From Eledone cirrhosa (Eukaryota): a stretch of 64,000 nucleotides of DNA. The first letter of the stretch is position 1; each line of letters starts with the position of its first letter. The stretch is taken from assembly GCA_964016885.1 (NCBI GenBank), contig OZ024758.1:14446001-14510000 (forward strand), written 5' to 3'. The notes beneath the pieces were generated by a model. It ran no database searches. It saw only the letters and a list, made by a program, of their open reading frames with translations, and was not told where the DNA came from. Of the stretch, positions 51,506-64,000 are shown piece after piece. The position numbers were made by a program, and so were the translations under genes.

Positions 51506-51815
51506 TATGTGATGGCTGCAACTCGATTTTAAGTAATGCCATTGCTTGATACTTAAGCATGAGCATCACAGACATGGGTTTTCAGTCCTGCTAGGAACTT
51601 GCCTATGGCCAGCAATATCATGCATCGCAAAAAATGTCACATATCAAGCGATGCCTGTGCTTGAAGCTTTTTTAAGTGATGAAAGGCTTCGCACGGAGCC
51701 AGTCCCAATCTCTGAACATCGAATGTATTTACCCCAGAAGAAGAATAGGTCTATGTTGTTGGATGCAAAAGAAGTTGCAGGTTTTACATCAGAGTGACCT
51801 TCTCCTAGAGAGATG
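51506..51815 (-). mobile_element. diverged relative of the 40-45 kb non-coding element
   Basis: reverse complement shares ctaggagaagg..actctgat..acctgcaac, gggactggct, aaaagcttca.gcacaggcat and cgagttgcagcca. Confidence 0.65.
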
Positions 51816-51978
51816 ACTTAATGAAGACTAGGCGTCTCTCGCTCCAAAATAAAAAAAAAAAGCATACATAAAGACAGATAGAAGTTGGATCAATTAGGGA
51901 AGAACACATGATTTGTTTTGCATGTTTTTTTAGGGGGGTGGAGTGCATTTGAAAATAGAGTATTGATCCTGAAATATG

Positions 51979-52206
51979 TTAGCCCTTTAGCATTTAAACC
52001 GACCATATCCAGCCAGAATTCTCTCACCTCTTTCTGTTCAAACCAGCTGTAACTGGTCATTCATACTGATGTTAAGGTATTGTTCTCAAAATAAATAACA
52101 TCAAAATCTCATAGATTCAATATTATGTAAGATAATATGTGAAATAAAGCTTTTACTGGAGAAAATACAATAGTAAATATAGAGTAATGTAAATGCTAAA
52201 GGGTTA
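51979..52206. mobile_element. piggyBac-type MITE (another copy at 58694-58920)
   Basis: TIRs and shared body. Confidence 0.8.
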
Positions 52207-52577
52207 AAATATACTCAGTAAGAAAAATATTATTTTATTTTGTTTTATTTGTCACAGTATATATATATTTATACAAACACACGTTCATTAATGTTCTACA
52301 CAATTAAGGTAGGACTTATAATACTATTAGAACTCAATGTAGTGTAGATATGAATATCCATTGAAGCCCAGAGAAGGTTGTTTTTGTGGAAAAGTGATAT
52401 CTTATTACATGTCTTAAACTCTAAAACATGTAATAAGATACTCCAAGACTTAGAGTATTCAAAAGCTACAGAATTAGATATGTAATGTTGAACAATGAAA
52501 ACAAATAAGATAAGGTGTAGCAGTTAATTTATCAATTGTTTTGCAATCGTTTCAGAGGGTAGAAGAAAAAAAAAATT

Positions 52578-55378
52578 ATATCCAGTTTTTTCTCAGCCCA
52601 TCCATCATCCATACAAATCACATGTCCATACCATCACAGTCTTTTCTCTTGTACACTACATTTGATTCCTCTTATATCCAGTTTCTTTCTCTCAACCCAT
52701 CCATGATCCATACAAATCACATGTCCATACCAACACAGTCTTCTCTCTTGTACACTACATTTGATTCCTCTTATATCCAGTTTCTTTCTCTCAACCCATC
52801 CATGATCCATACAAATCACATGTCCATACCAACACAGTCTTCTCTCTTGTACACTACATTTGATTCCTCTTATATCCAGTTTCTTTCTCTCAACCCATCC
52901 ATGATCCATACAAATCACATGTCCATACCAACACAGTCTTCTCTCTTGTACACTACATTTGATTCCTCTTATATCCAGTTTCTTTCTCTCAACCCATCCA
53001 TGATCCATACAAATCACATGTCCATACCAACACAGTCTTCTCTCTTGTACACTACATTTGATTCCTCTTATATCCAGTTTCTTTCTCTCAACCCATCCAT
53101 GATCCATACAAATCACATGTCCATACCAACACAGTCTTCTCTCTTGTACACTACATTTGATTCCTCTTATATCCAGTTTCTTTCTCTCAACCCATCCATG
53201 ATCCATACAAATCACATGTCCATACCAACACAGTCTTCTCTCTTGTACACTACATTTGATTCCTCTTATATCCAGTTTCTTTCTCTCAACCCATCCATGA
53301 TCCATACAAATCACATGTCCATACCAACAGTCTTTTCTCTTGTACACTACATTTGATTCTTCTTATATCCAGTTTCTTTCTCTCAACCCATCCATGATCC
53401 ATACAAATCACATGTCCATACCAACACAGTCTTTTCTCTTGTACACTACATTTGATTCTTCTTATATCCAGTTTCTTTCTCTCAACCCATCCATGATCCA
53501 CACAAATCACATGTCCATACCATCAGTCTTTTCTCTCTTGTACACTACATTTGATTCCTCTTATATCCAGTTTCTTTCTCTCAACCCATCCATGATCCAT
53601 ACAAATCACATGTCCATACCAACACAGTCTTTTCTCTTGTACACTACATTTGATTCTTCTTATATCCAGTTTCTTTCTCTCAACCCATCCATGATCCACA
53701 CAAATCACATGTCCATACCATCAGTCTTTTCTCTCTTGTACACTACATTTGATTCCTCTTATATCCAGTTTCTTTCTCTCAACCCATCCATGATCCATAC
53801 AAATCACATGTCCATACCATCAGTCTTTTCTCTCTTGTACACTACATTTGATTCCTCTTATATCCAGTTTCTTTCTCTCAACCCATCCATGATCCATACA
53901 AATCACATGTCCATACCATCACAGTCTTTTCTCTTGTACACTACATTTGATTCCTCTTATATCCAGTTTTTTCTCAGCCCATCCATCATCCATACAAATC
54001 ACATGTCCATACCATCACAGTCTTTTCTCTTGTACACTACATTTGATTCCTCTTATATCCAGTTTCTTTCTCTCAACCCATCCATGATCCATACAAATCA
54101 CATGTCCATACCATCAGTCTTTTCTCTCTTGTACACTACATTTGATTCCTCTTATATCCAGTTTCTTTCTCTCAACCCATCCATGATCCATACAAATCAC
54201 ATGTCCATACCATCAGTCTTTTCTCTCTTGTACACTACATTTGATTCCTCTTATATCCAGTTTCTTTCTCTCAACCCATCCATGATCCATACAAATCACA
54301 TGTCCATACCATCACAGTCTTTTCTCTTGTACATTACATTTGATTCTTCTTATATCCAGTTTCTTTCTCTCAACCCATCCATGATCCATACAAATCACAT
54401 GTCCATACCATCACAGTCTTTTCTCTTGTACATTACATTTGATTCCTCTTATATCCAGTTTCTTTCTCTCAACCCATCCATGATCCATACAAATCACATG
54501 TCCATACCATCAGTCTTTTCTCTCTTGTACACTACATTTGATTCCTCTTATATCCAGTTTCTTTCTCTCAACCCATCCATGATCCATACAAATCACATGT
54601 CCATACCATCACAGTCTTTTCTCTTGTACACTACATTTGATTCCTCTTATATCCAGTTTCTTTCTCTCAACCCATCCATGATCCATACAAATCACATGTC
54701 CATACCAACACAGTCTTCTCTCTTGTACACTACATTTGATTCCTCTTATATCCAGTTTCTTTCTCTCAACCCATCCATGATCCATACAAATCACATGTCC
54801 ATACCATCAGTCTTCTCTCTTGTACACTACATTTGATTCCTCTTATATCCAGTTTCTTTCTCTCAACCCATCCATGATCCATACAAATCACATGTCCATA
54901 CCAACACAGTCTTCTCTCTTGTACACTACATTTGATTCCTCTTATATCCAGTTTCTTTCTCTCAACCCATCCATGATCCATACAAATCACATGTCCATAC
55001 CAACACAGTCTTCTCTCTTGTACACTACATTTGATTCCTCTTATATCCAGTTTCTTTCTCTCAACCCATCCATGATCCATACAAATCACATGTCCATACC
55101 AACAGTCTTCTCTCTTGTACACTACATTTGATTCTTCTTATATCCAGTTTCTTTCTCTCAACCCATCCATGATCCATGCAAATCACATGTCCATACCAGC
55201 AGTCTTCTCTCTAGCAAACTACATTTGATTCCTCTTCAACCCATCCATGATTTGTCATTCACTCATATTAACACCACACATCCATTGAAGCAGGCTCACT
55301 TCATTTCTTCCCAGCCTCTGCATTTACTGTCCATGTTTCACTTCCATGCTACATTGCACATCACATGTAGGCATCATA
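52578..55378 (-). repeat. RTE ORF fragment whose 99-bp segment is tandemly amplified about 27 times (52578-55250)
   Basis: unit encodes KKLDIRGIKCSVQERRLCWYGHVICMDHGWVER; single-copy RTE sequence (HGSETW region) continues 55250-55378. Confidence 0.92.
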
Positions 55379-55449
55379 TATATATATTAGTCAGAGAATG
55401 AAGTGTAATGTCCATGGCTCCTTTCAAGACCTCTGAGATTGGTGGCAGG

Positions 55450-55486
<37 letters not shown>

Positions 55487-55616
55487 TGTCCTTCCTGAGA
55501 CCCGATATCAGGGCCTGAATACTTTCAGCATCATAGACTTTGCTAAAAACACCAACATTGTGTTAATATGATGGATTAGTCTACCACCCAAGAACACACA
55601 CAAACACACACATGTA

Positions 55617-55710
<94 letters not shown>

Positions 55711-55711
55711 T

Positions 55712-55743
<32 letters not shown>

Positions 55744-55884
55744 CACACAAACACATATATATATATATATATGCTGATATCCATTCTCACATGGAACTCA
55801 TAGATATGTATAACTCGTATAATTGGTTAATTAAAAAACGGTGGGGCTGGATGGAGAGATTTTAGAAGTTGGACCCATGATAAT

Positions 55885-56854
55885 AGTGTTGTTGTTGTTG
55901 TTGTGATGGTGGTGTTGTGGTGGTGTTGTGGTGGTGGTGGTGTTGTTGTTGTTGTGGTGTTGTGTTGGTGGTGGTGGTGTGTTGGTGGTGGTGTTGTGTT
56001 GGTGGTGGTGTTGTGTTGGTGGTGGTGTTGTGTTGGTGGTGGTGTTGTGTTGGTGGTGGTGTTGTGGTGGTGTTGTGGTGGTGTTGTGTTGGTGGTGGTG
56101 GTGGTGTTGGTGGTGGTGGTGTTGCGTTGGTGGTGGTGTTTTTGTGATATTGCAGTGGTGGTGGTGTTGTTGGCATGGTATTGTGTTGGTGGTGGTGTTG
56201 TTGGCATGGTATTGCGTTGGTGGTGGTGGTGTTGTGGTGGAAGAGATATTGATTACAGGGTCTTTAGTCAGAATGTCAAAAGACTAGGGGGGGGCGGGGG
56301 GGTTATGAATCCCCCACCACACATACACACACCTCATGATGATGATGATGATGATGATGATGATGGCAGTGATGATGACAGATGTAAGAGTGATCAGGAG
56401 AGTAATGTTAATATCATTGAGGGTAATAGTGTCCATGTGAATTGTGTTGATGATGATGATGATGGTGGTGATGGTGACAATGTTACTCCACCACCCCCAC
56501 CACTACCTTTACCAGCACCACCTTTCATTATTTCACCTCCTCCACCACCACTGCCACAATTATTTAATTCCCCACCACCACCACCACCACCACCACTACA
56601 TTTGGTTGTTTCACCTCCATCACCACCACCATCACTATATTTGTTGTTTTTTTTTCACCACCACCACCTTTAGGTATTTCACCTCTACCAATACCAACAT
56701 CCCACCACCACCACCCCTACCACCCTTACCACCACCACCCCTACCACCACCCTTACTACCATCACCACCACCCCTACCCCCAACCAATCTATAAGCACTA
56801 TCATATCAGTATCAATTTCCTCTTCCTTAGGGAGATTTACCCTTAATGGCCCTT

Positions 56855-56916
<62 letters not shown>

Positions 56917-57113
56917 TACATACATACGTAAATTTTTACATACATACATGCACACACACACACACACACACAAACGTAAATTTTTACATACATGCACACA
57001 CACACACACACATTGCATACATACATACATACATACGTAAATTTTTACATACATACATGCGCACACACACACATTGCATACATACATACGTAAATTTTTA
57101 CATACATACGTAT

Positions 57114-57160
<47 letters not shown>

Positions 57161-57360
57161 GGTTAAATTACCTAAATCTCCACCACCTCCATCACCATTT
57201 CCAGCTGGAAAGAGAAAATGTATGACCCATGTGTTGGCTGAGGTGGTATCTGATAGGGGGAGGGGGAGAGGGGGGAGATAGGGAGAGGGGGGGGGGATAG
57301 AGAGAGATAGAGGGGGGTAGAGAGAGAGAGGGGGGGGGAGATAGAGAGAGAGGGAGAGCA
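55885..57360. repeat. low-complexity block of (GGT/GTT), (GAT), (CCA), (CA) and (GA) repeats
   Basis: direct reading. Confidence 0.85.
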
Positions 57361-59263
57361 TTATAATTTTATATGCATCCTAATAGAATAACAACAATAA
57401 CCACAACAGCAGTTATAATGGGTTCTAATTGAGGGTCAAGGCCTGCAATTTATGGGAAGGGGGGGGGGAGTCAATTACATCACCCACCAACATCTATCCA
57501 TCTATCCTTACTTTATTTTCTTTATCCCCAGAAGGATGAAGAGCAATTTTGGAGGAGGTAAAAGTTGATTCAATCAACCCCACTACTTGACTGGTACTTT
57601 ATTTTATCGACCCCAGAAAGATGAAAGGCAAAGTTGAGCCCAGTGGGATTTGAACTCAGGCTGTGAAAGGCCATAACTAAATTCTGCCGCCAATTCACTG
57701 CCCTAAAACATACTTTCTAGCATAGGCACAAGGCCAGAAATTTAAAGGGGAAGGGGCATGTTGATTACATCAACCTCAGTACTTGACTGGTACTTTATTT
57801 TATTGACCCTAGACAGCAGGATTTGAACTAAGAAGATAAAGGGCTATAAAAAGCATTTGTCTGATACTCTAACAATTCTGCCAACCACCCACCCTGAAAT
57901 ATAATAATGATTTTCAAGTCAAGCCAACACACGAACCTCTATGAGATTGTTAGACTTGCTAAAAATATCCACTAAATCTCCCTCAAATTACATTCTTTTG
58001 TCTTGAAAAAAAAAATTAAGTCATTGTATAGTTAATTAAAATTACTTTTGGTTCACTGCATTAAATATAATTAACCCAAACTTAACTAAAAATAGGTTTA
58101 TTACTAATTGATAACTGTGTGGTGTATATAATTAACCCAAACTTAACTAAAAATAGGTTTATTACTAATTGATAACTGTGTGGTGTATATCATGTAATCC
58201 AAACAGATTCTATCAGAAGCTAACCATCTCAAGGTTGCTTAATCTGCGGAAAATTAAGAGAAAGATTGAAATGAAATTTACAGCTCACTCCAATACAGCT
58301 TTAGCTGGCCTTCTATGGGGTTTCATCTCATTAGAGGTTTCTTAAGTGTTTTAATCTTTAGCACGCTAGTAATATTTATGAATTGACACTGCAATATGTA
58401 TTAAGGGGAAATCACTCTATTGGTGCCTTATGTCACCGAGAGTGTGTTAAAGGTTAATGAGATGAGTCCCAGTCATATCATGAAAGGCAATGTGAAATGA
58501 AGTGTCTTGCTGAAGAACAACACACTGCCCAGTCCGAGAATAGAACCAATCACATTATGATCATGAGTCCAATACCCTAACCACTAGGCCACACCAAATC
58601 ACCCGTTACTGTTTTAAAAAAAGAAAGGAAGAACACATTCAATAGTGTAGTCCTAATATACTACAATGGATTAGTCTTCTCACTAAAATACCTTTAACCC
58701 TTTAGCATTTAAACTGGCTGTATCTGGCCAGAATTCTCTCACCTTTTTCTTTTTCAAACTGGCTGTAACTGGGTAACCATACAGACGTTAGGGTATTGTT
58801 CTCAAAAGAAATATCAAAATCTCGTAGATTCAATATTATGTGAGATAATTATGTGAGGTAAAGCCTTTACTATGAAAATATAATAGTAAATATAAAGTAA
58901 TGTAAATGCTAAAGAGTTAAACCACCTTTGGTTCTATGATATAAAACTTTATTTTAAAATTTAGCATAGATGAGTTGAGAAAAATCCTAGATAGCAATCT
59001 TTCATTAGAAATATGGTAAAGAAAGGGTTAAATTATTCTTTCAATCATTTCTCTTTGAAAATGTAAGCAAGGGTTAAATGAAGCAACTCTCTAAATCAAA
59101 GCATTGTAGATAAATCTACAGCATAAAGAAAACAGCTGCCAAAGAAATCAACAGCTTCTGTTGCTGTATTTTGGATTAGGCTCAGAACTGTAATAACATG
59201 GAATTCTGGGATATTGCAATCTAATAGTTATAAAGATCTTATAACTGGCCCTTTTATATGTAC

Positions 59264-59282
59264 ACACACGTTCACACAAATG

Positions 59283-59318
<36 letters not shown>

Positions 59319-59723
59319 AACACACACATATGTATACACACACATACACATATGTATACACACACATACATATATAAATATATATATGCACACACACACA
59401 TACACATATGTATACACACACATACATATATAAATATATATATGCACACACACACACACACATATGTATACACACACATACACATATGTATACACACACA
59501 TACATACATATGTATACACACACATACACATATGTATACACACACATACACATATGTATACACACACATACATATATAAATATATATATGCACACACACA
59601 CACACACACACATATATATACACACACATACATATATAAATATATATATGCACACACACACACACACACATATATATACACACACATACATATATAAATA
59701 TATATATGCACACACACACACAC

Positions 59724-59777
<54 letters not shown>
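59264..59777. repeat. compound (TA)/(CA) microsatellite
   Basis: direct reading. Confidence 0.9.
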
Positions 59778-59778
<1 letters not shown>

Positions 59779-60283
59779 AATATCTTCTTTTTTATATCCC
59801 CACCACCACTTGCAATAGGCAGACATATGAAAGAGGAAAGGGGAACAAACAGGAAGTGAATGGAGAAAAATATAAAAAAAGAGTTCCCTGTCTGCCTGTT
59901 TGTTCCAGATTTGGTTGGCACAGTCAGTCAGTTAGTTATAGAATTGGGGAGAGGTAGGGTCTGTAGAAACCCTGCTACTGTTCTAGAAAAAGAAAATAAG
60001 AAAACCAGCTGAAAATGATAATTAAATTTGTACAGTGACGAGGCCACAGAAGTTGTATGGATAAAGGAAAAAAAAGATATGAAATTCACTGCTCACACTT
60101 AAGCAGGTTTAGCTGGCTTTTTACATGGTTGGATTGCCTAAACCAGGGGTCGGCAACCTTTTGGGGTATGTGTGGGCCACATTACTATGCAGTGTCTCGT
60201 CCGTGGGCCACATAGATATGCAATGTCTCTATAAAACAAAATTACACATTACACACACAAACACACACCTTTCCTATATCAGT

Positions 60284-60690
60284 CATGTTGCTACAATAAT
60301 TGTTTCTACTTTTGGCGCAAGGCCAGGAATTATCCCAGTGCATTACTGGTACTTTATTTTATCGACCCCCGTAAAGATGAAAGGCAAAGTTAACCTCGGC
60401 AGGATTTGAACTCAGATCATAAAGGGCCGTAACTGGGGCAAAGCATGGGGTCTGACCCTCTACCGATACTGCCAATCCACCGCCCATGTTGCTACAATAA
60501 TTGTTTCTACTTTTGGCACAAGGCCAGCAATTACCCAGCGCATTACTGGTACTTTATTTTATCGACCCCGTAAGGATGAAAGGCAAAGTCAACCTCGGCA
60601 GGATTTGAACTCAGATCGTAAAGGGCCGTAACTATGCTGGAAAGCATGGCGTCCGACCCTCTACTGATACTGCCAATCCACTACAATAAT
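60284..60690 (-). mobile_element. two tandem SINE family A copies
   Basis: each preceded by catgttgctacaataattgtttctac. Confidence 0.8.
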
Positions 60691-61724
60691 AAGGTCTCTT
60701 TCCAATCACAAGGCCTGGCTTCTAACACTACATTTGTTCCTATAAATAATTATTTCTTTAAAGTTACATATATAATCCTGTATGTCATTTGTATATATAT
60801 ATGATGAACATTTATGTAATTATATCCTAGAAATAAATAATTAAAATATTATTTTCATCTTTAATCACTTCCACATGTCAGTAATCAAAATAAACTCTAG
60901 GGTTTCTTTTATGTACATCATTCATTTATCAAAACCCAATTTTCCCAGTTTGTATAGTTTTTCATATATCCAGTTTATGACATACAAATCCAGGACTCCA
61001 AAAATTAAATATGTTCAACGCTATTACTGACATGGTCCACTAGTTTTATATAAGAACCATATGTTCAATTACTACAATTACTATCTTAGTAATGAAATAA
61101 TTAATAACTTTAGAAAATCTCTCAGAATTCTTCATTGCTTAATTGAAATAGAGTGTATTTCATAATAAATACAGTAACGAAAGAGTTAATAAATTAGAAT
61201 ATCATAATGATACCAAAAAAAAAAAAAGGAAGAAAAAAGTAAAGGGGTGGAAGAAACGGTGAGGGGGTAAACTCTACACCGTTGGCTGGTGGAATGGTGT
61301 ATCTCAGCTGGTAGAATTAGTATTTAATTAAAGGAACATGCAAGCTTAGATAATAATTGTTCTCAGTATAAGGATTAATCTAAACCTTCCACAAGAAATA
61401 TGTTAGAAATAGATAAAGAAGACAAACAAATAATAATAATAATAATAATGAGTTCAAACATGATTTTTTTTTTTGATTTTTTTTTAGAGAAAATATTCCT
61501 TTTTCTATTCCTTTTATTATGGTATCTACTTGAAACAAGGAACATCAATGTATGTTAACTAAGCTTCCTCTTAGTTATAACACATCTATAGTCTGGTCTT
61601 ATCCATTTCCTTTCATATTATCTCTTTCTATATTTAATTTATTTTTTGTGCTGAAATGTTAAAGACTACCCAAACAGAAATGAATACAATAAACCATTTT
61701 TTTGCCTTCGTTATGTACATCCTG

Positions 61725-62061
61725 AGGCGGCAAATTGGCAGAGTTGTTAGAACGTCAGATAGAATGCTTTATGGCATTCGTTATGGCTTTCTGCTCTCTG
61801 AGTTCAAATCCCACCAAAGTCAACTTTGCCTTTCATCCATTCAAGGTCGATAAACGAAAGTACTAATTTAGTACTGGGGATCGATTCTTCCTCTATATCT
61901 CTTTCTCATTTCCTCTCTCTCACTTTCTATCTTTCTCTGGAAGAAATCTGCTGTCTTCAGGCCTGGAGAGAGATGGGCTCTGCCAGGCTTAAAAGCCCTA
62001 GAAACACTGTATGTCAATATGGCGTCCCTACGACTATCGGGAGTTACAGAACGATACATAC
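61725..62061 (+). mobile_element. SINE A variant with alternative 3' body and (ACAT)n tail, flanked by 95-bp direct repeats
   Basis: repeats at 61630-61724 and 62062-62156; related copies at about 5700-5990 and 8775-9070. Confidence 0.75.
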
Positions 62062-62547
62062 ATATTTAATTTATTTTTTGTGCTGAAATGTTAAAGACTA
62101 CCCAAACAGAAATGAATACAATAAACCATTTTGGGGGGTTCGTTATGTACATCCTGCTTAATATCTCAAGGACCTCTGCAAATCAAAACCATATTTCTGA
62201 TAACAGTTTCATAGATAAGAATATTTTTTATAAATAACCCCCCAAAAAACATATAGGTCTGTGTCCTAGTGGTTAGGACATTAAGGGTCATGGTTATAAA
62301 ATCATGAGTTTGGTTCCTGGACCAGCTGGTACGATTTATCCTTGAACAAGACACTTCATTTCATGTTGCTTCAGTCCACTCAATTTGAAAATTAGTACCT
62401 GCAACTTTGGGTGGTGGTGTGTGTGTTGGGGAGGGGGGTGCCATTTAATGTCAATAAAACTGTAATGATGACCCCCAAAAGTAGAACTACAATTTTTTAT
62501 ATATATACTCATGATAGACAATTAATTTATATACTCATGATAGACAG

Positions 62548-62735
62548 GTGGATTGGCAGTATCGGTAGAGGGTCGGATGCCATACTTTGCAGCATAGATT
62601 TACTGCCCTTTATGGTTTGAGTCCAAATCCCGCCGAGGTTAACGTTGCCTTTCATCCTTACGGAGGTCGATAAAATAAAGTACCAGTAATACACTGGGAT
62701 AATTGCTGGCCTTGTGCCAAAAGTAGAAACAATTA
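62548..62735 (+). mobile_element. SINE family A
   Basis: full copy with about 20-bp TSD-like flanks ttatatactcatga.agaca. Confidence 0.8.
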
Positions 62736-63409
62736 TATTATATACTCATGACAGACAATGATTATATATACTCTACAGTCCCGTTTGACCAAGGTATGGC
62801 GCGACCAACAAGCCAGACTTATCTCATAACGTGGGCGACACATCTAACCCATACAAGCATGAAAAAATAGACATTAAACGTCGATGATGATAGACAATCT
62901 TTTATATGCTCATAACAAACAATGATTTTATATAAACTCATGGCAGACAATGATTTCTTGTGATTTGGCATATGGCGTAATTTCTGAAAGGAAGAAGATA
63001 GTGAAATGTATCAACGTAGTATACTGATGGTGTTTATTTTATTGACCTTGGGGGTGTTAGTCATCATCATATCATCATCATCGTTTAATGTCTATTTTCC
63101 TCGCTAGCATGGGTAGGACGGCCAGGCTCTTTGTGAGAGATCAGGTCAGAGGACCTTGATTTTCACAAACTGAACTGATTTTGGTCTGTTTTCTACAGCT
63201 GGATGCCCTTCCTAATCCCAACTAGATTTACAGTGTGTGCTGGGTGCGTTTTGCAATGTCGCCTACACAACCACTTTACAGTGTGGACTGGGTGCTTTTT
63301 TGACATGACACCTACATGATCACTTGCTCTTATAACTCCATCCATAACAAGGATACTTGATAGATATATTAAATCAACTTCAGTATTTAACCCTTTTCTT
63401 GCTATATTT

Positions 63410-63668
63410 CTTGGCCATGTGATGTGCATAGATGATGACTGCTGGGTGAAGAAGTGCCAAGTAATCCCAGTGGAAGGAAGACGCAGTAGAGGAAGACCAC
63501 GGAAAACATGGGTGGAGGTGGTGAGAACTGACCTCAGACCGCTGAAGCTCACAGAGGAGATGACAAAGGACCCCGTCAAATGGAAAGATGCTGCTGAGCA
63601 GAAGAGGACAGGACCCGTCCTGTCCTTGCAAGCAGGGAAAAGCGGTCGTAAAATTATGATGATGATTT
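63410..63668 (+). mobile_element. RTE 3' fragment
   Basis: GHVMCIDDDCWVKKC..GRPRKTW, (GAT)n. Confidence 0.8.
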
Positions 63669-64000
63669 CCTGCCAAACTCATATAACACAGACCTTAAAT
63701 GATGATGATGATGATGATGATATTCTAACCATTCTGCCATGAGTGATGAAAAGCAAAGTAAACCTTGAACTATATACTATGAGAAAGAAGTAAATTCTGA
63801 AATACATTAGTTTAGTTCCATGCTATCCATGTTAACTTCGCCACAGCCCTTACACATTCTGTATGCATTGAACCTGCTCCAAATGCTCCTTTGAGACAAT
63901 TCCAAATTCTTGAAATACTTGTGTTGAACATGCTTGTTTAAAAAAAAAAAAATGAATTTAATATTTTTTTCGATTACCCATTGGAGAGCTACATCTAAGT

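Noticed and set aside
57150-57252. Minus-strand exon-like segment (cag...gatttag|gtaatt), with similar candidates at 46440-46570 and 63790-63935
   Set aside because: No recognisable protein and no consistent chain of exons
60144-60212. hAT-like terminus caggggtcggcaacc
   Set aside because: Only one end seen and no TSD, so not listed as a feature

Overview
AT-rich, microsatellite-dense animal genomic DNA. The repeat content (tRNA-derived CORE and Meta-like SINEs, RTE LINEs with (GAT)n tails, many dinucleotide/trinucleotide satellites) points to an octopod cephalopod; this is inference. The only host gene I can support is a + strand SLC26A11-like sulfate/anion transporter: 12 GT-AG coding exons (7209-32938, 397 codons, phases consistent). 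Its last TM helices and STAS domain are not found in the remaining 31 kb. Introns and flanks hold a near-full-length young RTE LINE with a PHD finger inside the RT region (13270-17078), a CR1 RT fragment, a Tx1/L1-like 5' half, many RTE fragments, about 13 TTAA piggyBac-type MITEs, hAT, Ginger-like and Helitron-like elements and TE-derived minisatellites. Best hunt items: two degenerate minimal hammerhead ribozymes, a head-to-tail cluster of a microsatellite-tailed non-coding retro-element with an HDV-ribozyme-like 5' end, repeated RTE insertions at one site of a MITE, a 95-bp target-site-like duplication, and tandem arrays grown from TE parts. Almost all long ORFs in the track are simple-repeat artefacts.
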